DNA of 64,000 nt, from NCBI GenBank assembly GCA_903813345.2, contig CAIIXF020000001.1, positions 38,068,001 to 38,132,000 of the forward strand, read 5' to 3'. The position numbers were made by a program, and so were the translations under genes. Below, piece by piece: positions 14,901 through 25,600 of the stretch (the stretch's first letter is position 1; the number at the start of each line of letters is the position of its first letter). The notes below the pieces were generated by a model. The model did not search any database. It was not told where the DNA came from and saw nothing but the letters and a program-made list of their open reading frames with translations. The stretch comes from Owenia fusiformis (lineage: Eukaryota).

Positions 14901-17900
14901 ACCATAATTCCCAGCAAACAAGTTTATTTCTAAGAATTTATATCATCAATTTGTTTTAAAATATAATCCATTGTTATAGTATCACACATGACAACAATTT
15001 CTATGGTAACCGGTGATTACTTCATAGACCTTATACTCCAGTGTCTTTTATAACTGTCGCAACCATGCGGCTAATTTCCTTAAATTAATCTTCAGACAAT
15101 AGCCACTCAGAGGAATAATGGTATTATGATATAAAAATGGTATAGATATTATTTGATCCAATGTCGGCATTATTTTGCGGCAATGGGTGATAGTCTACAA
15201 TGGTGACATCTTTAATACTTTGTTGCACTTCAAACAACATTTAAGTAAGAAAAATGGCTTATTTGAGCCAGATATACTAGAATATCACCGAATTCTGAGA
15301 TATTTGTAAATACCTGTACTGCTTGCATGAAATACCCTGCAGTTGAAATATAAGACAGATTGTGACACTTTGATGCATACGTATATCATTTTTCATATGT
15401 TTTTCAATAAACATGTTCAGATCTTTTTCAGACTAAAGCAGAATATGATAAACTGTTAACAAGCGAAGTTAAAAATGATTCATGATAATAAATTAAATTG
15501 AAAAATTATATCATTATTCAATATTTGAATGAATAATTATAATGCACAAGTATCTTCAAATGTTGAATAATGATATGATTTATACCAAACTCAAACAATA
15601 CATGATTATTACCTGATCTATCATATGTTGAAATTGTTAATTACATGTATATTGTGATACCCATTAAAAAATTCATTCTAATTTCTCCCTTTTCTTACTT
15701 TTCCTCAAATGAATCGAAGTTCTTTTTAATGGAATTCATTTTATTTTAAATAGAGCTGTCTCATTTTTAATTATTTCATTCTTGAAGATTCATCTTTGTA
15801 AGATTTACATTTTAAACTTATGCATCTCTTTATTAAAGGGAATTCGAAAACTACCCTTGCAAAAGCTTGATTGACTTCATCCTGCACTCTTAATACAATT
15901 ATTTATATAACTAATGAACCACTGAACCCTCCTCACCAATCAGTGCCAGCCATCACAGAAAGGTGGTTCTCTATATTATCATGTGAAAATATTAGAGTAA
16001 GTTTGGCTCTCGAATTGGTTGTATGTCATACTATGAAATCGTCAATCCTAGTTAGAGGGAAATGTATTATCCAGTGAGCTCAGGGTATTTGTTATTTATT
16101 TGAAGGTATTGAAGTGAAGCAGGAGATGTATAGAGATTGCTTCATGGAGAGGTACTTGAGGGAGCCTCCTCCTCTCCCCACCTACCAGAGAAGAGGTTCG
16201 CTACAACTCTGGCAGTTTCTAGTCGCTCTCCTGGATGACCCTTCTAATACTACATGTATAGCGTGGACAGGAAGGGGACTGGAGTTCAAACTCATCGAGC
16301 CTGAAGAGGTAAGATGATCCAATTACTTGATTCTCTTATAATAAGTCTCTTATCTGGGTGATTTATATAAATGTAACTTTATATAAGAGATCAGTTCTAT
16401 ATAATACTATTATAAGTGTGTACATAATGTTTATTATTAGAAAAATAAAGTTGTGCGCCAAGTGCCCATCTTCTCCTACATGTTAAAGGGTATGGAGAGG
16501 ACAAAACAGCTAGAGGCAGCTTGATGCAAGACTAATAAAAAATATTTTAGGGATATCCTATGGTTTTGAAAAAATATCATTAATATCCATGAGTGGATAT
16601 AATTGATATTTTGAAAAACCATAGGTTTGTCCGTTCATCCCATGGGAAATCCTAACCCAGCGAAAAAAAAAAAATTTTAGAAAAAAAAATTGTTAAAAAA
16701 AATATTGAAAAACATGTGAAAAAATCTAAACCATCGAATATCACTTTTGATTTTGGGGATTTTTTGTTAAAATATGATATCTTAATCCACATATCAAATA
16801 TATCTTCACCTGATATTCGATCTATTGTAACCATGGGATAAAATGCATATATTATTTTAGGATGAACATTTTACTATATGAATGAACTATGGACATCAAT
16901 TAAATAATTTCTTGTTGACAAGGGGAATTTGAAATCAATATTATCCATGTTTTTACAGAATTTCACTTCAATTATATTGAATATTTCCGGGAGTGGGGTG
17001 GATATATTATATCTGTCAGCATTTAGCCTGGAGCGGGACATGTATAATATATCCTGCCCGCTCCTCAGATATGATATATATTCCCAGGTAATATGTATCC
17101 AAAACCCACTCAAGTATGAGATACATAGGGGTTATGCACTGGGAGGTTTTGGATACAGGGAATATCCCGAGGGATATACAATATATCTTCCCGAGGGACC
17201 GAAGGGACCAAGGGAAGATATATTGTATATTCCAAGGGATATTTCCTGTATCCAAACCGACCGTGCATAACTGTTGTATTCCATACCTGATGAGGTTTCA
17301 AAATAATTTTTTTCAGAATTTTTTTTCAACATTTTTTTCAAATTTTTTTTACATAATTTTTTTCCACAATTTTTTTCAAATTTTTATTTTCAAATTTTTT
17401 TCCCGAATTTATTTTAAAGTTTTGTTTCAAAATTTTTTTTTGAGCGGGACATACGATTTATATGTCCCGGAGCTCCGTTGGAGCGGGACATACGAAAAAT
17501 ATTTGCCCGGATATGGAATATATTCCCGGTTGATATGTCCCTGAAACCTCACCAGGTATGGAATACACTTGTATATCTCCCTCCAGACAGATATAATAGA
17601 TGAGAGTAAAATAACAGGAGCTTTAGGATATAATGTTTATCCCAAGGGAAATAAATGATACCTCCCAGAATTTGAATGGGACTTAAGTTTCAATTTCCCT
17701 TCCCTGGCATTTATAACTTTTGCATCATTTTTTGGATTTGCATTGTACATATATTTATCTGAACTCTTTGTCTTTGTAGGTGGCTAGAAGGTGGGGTCTA
17801 CAGAAGAACAGACCAGCCATGAACTATGACAAATTAAGCAGATCATTGAGATACTACTATGAGAAAGGTATCATGCAGAAGGTAGCAGGAGAAAGATATG

Positions 17901-18355
17901 TTTATAAATTTGTATGCGACCCAGAGGCCTTGTTCACCATGGCATTTCCTGATAATCAGAGACCTGTTTTAAAAACGGATCCCCTCCAAGTGTCTACGGC
18001 TAATAAGGGGGACTTTTGTTTGCGGGAACCTGCTCCCGCACACAGGGAGGCTGGGGCTGGTTTACGAGAAATGGCACCAGTCTCGCCAGAGAGCCAGTCC
18101 CTGACACTTAAGACATGCGTTAGTACTTCGTACACAAACTCTAGCCATGTTTCACCATGTAATGGACAAAGTATGAACCTGCTGTGTGCTCCTAATGTGG
18201 GCCCCAGTCATTGTGGCCCTAGTAGCCACAGTTCACCTCAGCAAAGTCCTAGCTCAGAGATGACCTTCCCACCTATGTCTGTACATGGATACAACATACA
18301 GAGTGTCAACAGGAGTTGTAATCCAGGCACATATATTGAGGACTATGTATACTAG
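5879..18355 (+). CDS. ETV1/4/5-like: PEA3-subfamily ETS transcription factor (ETV1/ETV4/ETV5-like), 5'-partial; join(5879..5944,16106..16308,17780..18355)
   Basis: ETS domain [97 protein letters not shown] is diagnostic of PEA3 group; C-terminal EDYVY resembles ETV1 EGYVY; GT-AG splice sites keep frame. N-terminal exons lie upstream of the window. Confidence 0.95.
6034..6540 (+). mobile_element. Tc1/mariner/pogo-type non-autonomous element, 3'-truncated
   Basis: TA|cagtagaacctgtgtatctgaacac terminus, repeated gaacacct motifs, 33-bp tandem triplication at ~6437-6532; homologous copy at ~52766-53211. Confidence 0.7.
8342..8488 (-). mobile_element. Degenerate short copy of HINE-like family B
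   Basis: Ends with ggtgacattttgtcatgtta, the exact reverse complement of the start of the 44965 element; internal gtctgtaacaa shared. Confidence 0.55.
9470..9740. repeat. 31-bp minisatellite (~8-9 copies) containing palindrome tgctgaattcagca
   Basis: Unit cagcacaatgctgaattcagcacatcaaact and variant cagcacaatgatcaattcagcatatcaatcc. Confidence 0.9.
16106..16308 (+). CDS. PEA3/ETS exon, N-terminal half of ETS domain
   Basis: tgaag|[12 protein letters not shown]...EFKLIEPEE|gtaaga. Confidence 0.95.
16556..16625. repeat. Imperfect palindrome (hairpin core of an unclassified repeat) in ETS intron
   Basis: cctatggttttgaaaaaatatcattaatatccat...gtggatataattgatattttgaaaaaccatagg. Confidence 0.6.
17168..17256. 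repeat. Near-perfect ~45-bp-arm palindrome with ccgaagg loop
   Basis: tttggatacagggaatatcccgagggatatacaatatatcttccc vs gggaagatatattgtatattccaagggatatttcctgtatccaaa. Confidence 0.85.
17275..17567. mobile_element. MITE-like segment with 26-bp inverted termini
   Basis: tgtattccatacctgatgaggtttca (17275-17300) inverted to tgaaacctcaccaggtatggaataca (17542-17567), 1 mismatch; T-rich interior. Confidence 0.7.
17780..18355 (+). CDS. PEA3/ETS terminal exon, C-terminal half of ETS domain
   Basis: tttgtag|[27 protein letters not shown]...EDYVY-TAG. Confidence 0.96.
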   Translation: MARRWGLQKNRPAMNYDKLSRSLRYYYEKGIMQKVAGERYVYKFVCDPEALFTMAFPDNQRPVLKTDPLQVSTANKGDFCLREPAPAHREAGAGLREMAPVSPESQSLTLKTCVSTSYTNSSHVSPCNGQSMNLLCAPNVGPSHCGPSSHSSPQQSPSSEMTFPPMSVHGYNIQSVNRSCNPGTYIEDYVY

Positions 18356-18645
18356 TGGACTAAAAAGTAGAATAAGCATATATACAGTAAATGTAATATT
18401 AGTTTGAAAGACTTGTGTGCGTGTGAAAATATGAGATACTATACATTAGTACCAGGTGCTGCTAAGACACAAAATGAATGTAAATAGAAAATCGTATATG
18501 AAAAGGCACTCATTTTTATTTCCGAAATTAAGGATGTTTCAAGTGATATTCCTAATTCTTTTTGGGCTCAAATAAAAAGCCTAGTCCACTGATGATAGCC
18601 ACATTACTTTTTCCAGACTGGTACTCATCACATCTCTCTGTTTCA

Positions 18646-18752
18646 CTAGTAACATCCTCTGACATTATTAATGCTTCAAGATTGAAATGGGGGGAGGAGG
18701 GACTAGTAACATCCTCTGACATTATTAATGCTTCAAGATTGAAATGGGGGAG
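18646..18752. repeat. Recent ~56-bp tandem duplication downstream of ETS stop
   Basis: actagtaacatcctctgacattattaatgcttcaagattgaaatggggg present twice. Confidence 0.9.
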
Positions 18753-19029
18753 GGGGGAGGGGGTTATGACTGTCAGAAAGTGTGATGATTATCAGTTAAA
18801 TAAAAGATGAGCTGAGGTGGAACATCTCAAAATGCATTGAATCTGGTGTCCAGATCACCAAACCATGGATTTTTTAGGATGCTTTGTCTCGAAAGTTCAT
18901 AACCAAACAATCCAAAATATCATGGCTTGTTCGTCAGAACTGGGAAGACCTGTTAATCATGATGGTCTGAAGTTACCTTGCATGTAATGTCTGTGACTAA
19001 ATTGTATCAAAGCATGAATTTTGAAACAA

Positions 19030-19535
19030 TTTATTACACCTTATAAATGTAACATAGATGTTACACTTATTATAGGCCATCACAATAAGTGTAACATATA
19101 TTAGTGTTACACAAATTGAAGGACGACTTTTTAGAGTTCTATCAGTAATCGTAACACAGATTCAACTAAATAACCTCAGTAAACATAAAACATACTGATA
19201 TGTCATCATTGTAAATGTTATACATATTGAAGTTTAACACAATGAGGAGTTGATTACACATATTAAAAGCTCACCACATTAAGTGTTACACATAATTAAA
19301 GATCGCCCAATAGGTGTTACACATATTGAAGATTAACTTGAATAAGTGTAACACATATTAAAAAGTCTCCTTAATATATGTAACACATCTTGAAGAGTAA
19401 TCTGAATAAATGTTATGCATATTGAAGAATAAGCTTAATAAATGTAACGTATATATAAAAGGGTCATATCACTATGTATAACACATATTGAAGAGTAAAT
19501 TTGGTAAGTGTAATACATACTGAAGTGTAACACCT
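19030..19535. repeat. Degenerate ~32-bp tandem repeat
   Basis: Recurring (a/g)tgt(a/t)acacatattgaag motif. Confidence 0.65.
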
Positions 19536-20212
19536 AACAAGATAACAAGACAAAATAACTTATGGTAAGACAACTTATGGTAAGGCAATATAATATACGA
19601 GAATACTGCAAGATAACTTATGACAAGACAAAATAATAAATGAAAAAGATCAGACAAGATAACTTATGACAAGACAAAATAATAAATGAAAAGACAAGAT
19701 AACTTATGACAAGACAAAATAATAAGTGAAAAGACAAGATAACTTATGACAAGACAAAATAATAAATAAAAAGACAAGATAACTTATGACAAGACAATAT
19801 TTGAGAAGACAAGATAAAGTGTGACAAGACAAGGTAATTTGTGAGACAAGACAAGATATCCTATGGAAAGAATATATGAGAAGACAAGATAACTTATGAC
19901 AATACAAGATGGTGTATGAGAAGACAAGACAATATATGAGAAGACAAGATAAAGTATGACAAGACAAGGTAATTTGTGACAAGGCAAGATAACTTATGAC
20001 AAGACAACTTATGACAAGGTAATTTATGAGGAGACAAGATAAATTATGGCAAGATAATATCTGAAGATAACTTTTGACAATACAAGATAACTTATGACGA
20101 TACAAGATAATATATGAGAAGACAAAGATAAAGTATGTCAAGACAAAATAATTTTATGACAAGACAAGATATTTTATGGAAAGAAGACAAGATATCTTAT
20201 GACAAGACAAGA
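19536..20212. repeat. Complex gacaa-based minisatellite (gacaagataacttatgacaagacaaaataataa)
   Basis: Many copies of gacaagataacttat / gacaa pentamer blocks; source of spurious ORFs 19472-20332. Confidence 0.9.
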
Positions 20213-20814
20213 TCGATTCTTTTGATCTTGTCAATAATTTTCTATGACAAAACACTATGTTGCTCACATTTGCTTCACATTTTCACTTATTTTATCCTAG
20301 TCAATATTAAATTAATCTTTCTCAAAGCTTAGGTGCTCATTTTCTTGCTTTTTGATTTATGCTGACTTCTAGTGAACGAAAGTTCTTTATTTATGAATGA
20401 AATTATATGCTGTAATTTATCCAGATATTGTAATTATAAATAGAAAATATGTAAAATGCCAAAACTGGTGCAATACATTTTATTAAATTCGTTTAATGAT
20501 GTCGAAATAGCCCTTTATATTGTAAATAAAATCTAATTATTGATTCCGGGCTCGACAATATAAATTTATAATTTTTCCAATTGTATTTTACAAATATTTG
20601 ACATGCATGTAGTGTACATAACATATTTATAATACTGACACTTAACAATTTTTTCAACCTTCACGCTAAATACCCTTTAATGAATGGTAAATGGTATGTC
20701 ATAGTCGGAGGATTCAGCTTTTGTTATTCATTTTACTTTAGTGCTTTATTGGATGTACCAATAAACTAATAATAGGGGAATTTGAAAACTGTTTCAGAAT
20801 ACTTTATTTTAAAA

Positions 20815-20984
20815 GCACCCCCCTGGCCGAAAATTCTTTCAAAATCATGCAGTTTTTCACCATTTGGAGCACTTCTTTGTCAAATAGTCATTGTCAAATT
20901 GTCATTGTCATTGAACCCCCTCCTGGAAATTTTTGAAAATTGAACCCCCCCCCCCCCCCTTGGCAAATCCTGGCTACAGGCCTG
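20815..20984 (+). mobile_element. 5'-truncated copy of the caggcccgtagcc MITE family
   Basis: Shares caaaatcatgcagtttttcacca, gaacccccc and ggcaaatcctggctacaggcctg end with 61939-62121. Confidence 0.75.
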
Positions 20985-22534
20985 AAAAGTATGCATAAAA
21001 CGTGTGTTTGCAGACTGTAAAATGTTTTTGAACATAGATAAGAATGATGAATATTCCCCATGAATATCACGAGGGGGATCTTTGAACTATGACATACCAT
21101 TTATCAAATACTGTAATCTATATCATTTCATCATTTTTCTCCAGTTTTAGAACTTGATAAAAACTCATCTTTTACATTCATGTACCTGTGCTTCCATTCT
21201 TTGATAATTCTTCTTTTGCATGCTTTATGAATATCTTCAAACCTTGGAAATTCATCATTGATTGTATTGTATTATGAAAAATTTAAAATTGTAAAAATAA
21301 TCTATATATTATGAATAGTAAAAATACAATATATACATATGTAATACCTGTATGTTATGTTAAATATAGTTAATGTCACTACTGGTTTGCATATTCAAGA
21401 TTGGCTAAAGCTCTCTTCATCGACTCATCTGCTCATCTATACTCCGCTATAATAGAGGGTTTCGGAGAAATGCACTTAGTAAGTATGGGGATAAAAAGTG
21501 ACAGCTTGATTAATAGCTTAACCATGGTCCAGATTATATGCCTTTGATGATGATTGAAAGAATTATACCAAGTAATGGCATTGTTAATGTATTTTTGTTG
21601 CTTTTTGGTTCATAATTAGCAACATATTGGACAAAAGACCAATAAAAATGAAAGTGGTGACCTGTAATTTTTATTTTCTTAAAATTAACTTCCAGTAATA
21701 AACTTTCCAGTGTAAAAAATTAAAGAATCCTGTTGTTCAGTTTTAAAAAAGCCTCTTATTCCACTCCACCTATAGCTAATTATTAGCTATATACTCTCCT
21801 ATTTCCCAACATGGAGATCACAAATGTTGTCAGTGACGCCATCTTTTTTGTTTGAATATGAAACATTGTCATGTCATAGTTATTTTAGTATAAAATATAA
21901 ACACTTTATCATGAAGTCATTTTTAGGCCTTCGGGTAAACAACCATCATAATATGGGTAACCACACTTAAAGGGAGTATCATATCTAGCAAGCAAGCTAA
22001 ACAAAATTGTTTCAATTTCAGAATATTTTATTTTGATATTGTATTTGAGATTGGAAGGTCAATTGTACACATGACTTGCAATTTTGTCGATCACCTCTAT
22101 AAATATGATTCTGCCTTTAAACATACCATTGAAAAGCTACTTGTTTTGCATTTTCTTTTCATCATGTCAGAAAGAAATTGTTCTTTAAACAACAGAGAAA
22201 TGAAATCTTACATATATGATATCTTTACCTTCAAATATGACAAGTGGATCTAATAAAGAAACACCAGCATGAGTATCTCGTGTATACAGTATTGGCAAAC
22301 AATTTTTCTCAGCCTGAGTGGATGTTGGAACCGGGACAATAAAAAATATGTATTAGAATAACACATGAATATTCTGCGTTTTGGTTGATCACAGATATTT
22401 TACGCATGTCTAGCTATGTGTTACAAGGGAAAAAATAAATGCATGGAATATTGATTTAGAGAACAACACCGGGGATTATATATGAGAAAAACCAGTGTTT
22501 CGTCTAGTGTATTGCATCATCCGGGTATTTCAAT

Positions 22535-22638
22535 ATGGCAGGAAAGAAAAAAGTAAGCAAAGATGATTTGCGCCGTTTGATGAAGGAATCAAGGTCGAGC
22601 ACTGCGAAAAACCAGCGAATAGATTCTCCACTAGCTAA
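22535..22638 (+). CDS. ZNF830: ZNF830 exon 1
   Basis: ATG in caatATGG context; ends AA|atatccttt (U12 donor). Confidence 0.9.
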
Positions 22639-25600
22639 ATATCCTTTCTGAAATAAGCTTTGAACAGAATTACTGAAATGGACATGTATTTACTCAAATA
22701 ATTTCCGTCTCACTCTATTATCGCCCACAAATGGGACAGAACTGAGCACAGGAATATACTTACAGTCCATTCAATTGACAATTGGATTGTGTGTTTATAA
22801 AACCTAAAAAGCAATTCAAAGACCACAGTGCAATTTAATAAGGAAGATACAATAATAGTCTACACGGTTCTAGGTGACGGTGAATATTTTTTGAAGTTTG
22901 CAAACTCTTCCTGGGAAGTCATTGTTTTATTTCATTGTTGCTTGTGCACTGTTATCATTACTAAAGAACAACAAAAACAAAAAATGCAATATAAAGATTT
23001 TGACCAAATTTTTTTCAAGAAGTAGCCCGTGAAAAACTGCTGATCCAAAGTCAATTCCAGTGCGAATTTGTATCCCTGGATCTTATCAGACTCTTTTCTG
23101 TAATTTACAGATCTGTCTTATCTGTTTATCCAGTAACAACATTTGTAGGTCTAACCTTTTCAATCTTGTCTATGTCACTTTTAAATGTCATATTCCATTG
23201 CTTTGTTGTTATATTCTCGATTGGGTTTTAGCGACTTGTAGTTTTCTGAATATTTCGCTATCCATAAAATGTAAGAGTATGTTGCATTGCTCCCATATTC
23301 TTGTATTATTCACACATTTAGCAACCATTATGCAATGCAGACTTGAGCTTAATCCAAGAATAGTGTGTTAAATTTAAATGATCCTTAACAAGCGTACATA
23401 CAATGCACTTGGACAGTTGGTGTGTATTGTCTGCAATATACACCTGAAGTCAGAGAAACTATGGAATGCACACTTGATGGGCAGATCTCACAAGGAGGTA
23501 TGTACAACAGAAGCAATATTATCATCTCTTTCTGTGGATTAGAAAGGTTTATGTGAATGTACATGTAGATACATTCTGGTTTATCAGAGTCCAACATAAT
23601 CTAATGCTTGAGAGGAATAGTACAGGCTGTGGATTCATTTTTTGGATGGATGGAGTAAAATTTCATTTCATTTTACTAGCATTTATAGATTATTTAGAAC
23701 CAGAGACATATAAAATGTATATATACATATAATATGTTTTATATGTCTCTGTTAGAACTAAAAATGGGTAGATATTAATTGACTTTTTGGGTTGATTCCA
23801 AGGCAAATCTGAAATGAAATTCATTGTATTTTCTGATGACATAATATTTCCGCCTGCGAGTATCTGATATAAGGAGTTAATATGACAACTGGTCTTAAAT
23901 TCAATCGTTTAGCACTAGTTTGTTGAACACTTATGACAGATCCTGCTCATGCTAAAATATAGAAAAATGTATTTCTATTTCAGAAACATGCTGCTTTGAA
24001 AGCAAAACAAGAGGCAATCAACAGAGGAGGTGTGGTTCCATCTATGGCCCCACCAACAAAAGCTGCCAAAAGAAAACTTGAACAACAGACAAACAATATA
24101 CCAGAGAAAAAGCCTAAAGGTATGTATCATCTTACTTGTGCTAGTTAAACAAATTGCAGAAGAAAAAAATAAAATGTAAAACAGGTGGGCAAAGTAGAAT
24201 TAGGGCTTAAGCCTGGACCATTAAACATGATTCAAGTTTATTGAAACGGTTGAAAATAGAATTTCAGTAAGTTGAATCCCTAAAGCAATTTTTATAATTA
24301 CAATTACATATTTTGAAATAAATGCAAGAAAATTTATACCCGAGTCTCAATATTGGATGTTGATTGTCTGAGGCAAAAACTGATTTATAATCTTAATTCT
24401 AGGTATTTTGGTTAACAAAAGCACTCTAGGCTTGGGGGATTATTCATCATCAGATGAGAGTGATGAAGAGACTGCCGTAATGGGAGGTCAGCCTGTTGGG
24501 GACTCCAACAATATGCCAACTACAGAAAACACCCCTTCTCTACCTGCAGGTAAGTGTGTACATGGAAATTTTTGTTACAATAAATGTACATGTACTAGTC
24601 TCAGGCCAGGAAAATGGTTTTGTCCCTCGCAAATATCTAGGTGGCAAGAATTAGAAGAGTTAACCCAATTGGGCACCTGCTTATATGGTATATTTAATTA
24701 CCAAGAAATTTTGAAAATGTACACGGCCAATCTGCAACAGTATCGTTCAGTACCACTTCGGAAATGGTATTATACGGTTCCATGAAATATGGTACCGTGG
24801 ACTAAAATGGTACCGTGCGGTTCCATGTACGGCATTATACTCCAACGGTACTGTAAGGTACCTTATTTTTAATGAATGTACCGTATGGTACTGTGATTTT
24901 AGAATGCGGATTGGGGGTGTATTTTTTAGTGTAATCAGAATTTTCACTGAAAATTTTCACAACTGAAATAAATAGTTTTTTCAATCACAAGTTTGGATAA
25001 ATTATATATATATATTTCCACTTTCTTGTACATTTTGTATGATTAAGATCTTTAAGACAAAAAATAATTTTTTCATGGCCTTAACATCAATTGAAATATT
25101 AGCGGGAACTTGCTTGCCTGATTCATTTCACAACTCTAAGAATATACACTTTCATTACAGATTTCTTTGATAATGGAACTGGAAAGTCAAATGATGTTAA
25201 AAATGAAGATACTGAAGATGTTGAGGTTAAACCAACTACAATGGCTGAAAAGTTGCCTGAAGGATTCTTTGACAATCCAGAAAAGGATGCCAAGGTAAAA
25301 ACTCAATGATAAAAGGATATTATGAATAACTTATTTCGGAAATATTCAGTTTTAGGTACACATTTATTTTAAAAAGTGACATCTTTATGTTTTCAATTAT
25401 ATATTATATTATAGTATTATTCCAGACAGGATCCGAAAGGTACTGTTTAGTAAAATAAAGGTTGTGAAAAGAAGAAAAAATATTTTTGTGATTTGATAAT
25501 CCAACCTGAGGAACATGTTTAAGAATATATAAATTATGTTCAGACAAACTGAGAATTGCATTGTTTGATTTCAGGTCAGAGAGGTGGTATATAAAGATAA

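Noticed and set aside
16874..17544. Six overlapping ORFs on both strands
   Set aside because: Artefact of palindromic/low-complexity repeats in an intron; no recognisable domain.
19472..20332. Cys/Leu/Tyr-rich ORFs
   Set aside because: Translations of the gacaa minisatellite.
22588..22600. GT-type donor AAG|gtcgag as end of ZNF830 exon 1
   Set aside because: Would delete conserved RIDSPLAK; reading continues to a perfect U12 donor.
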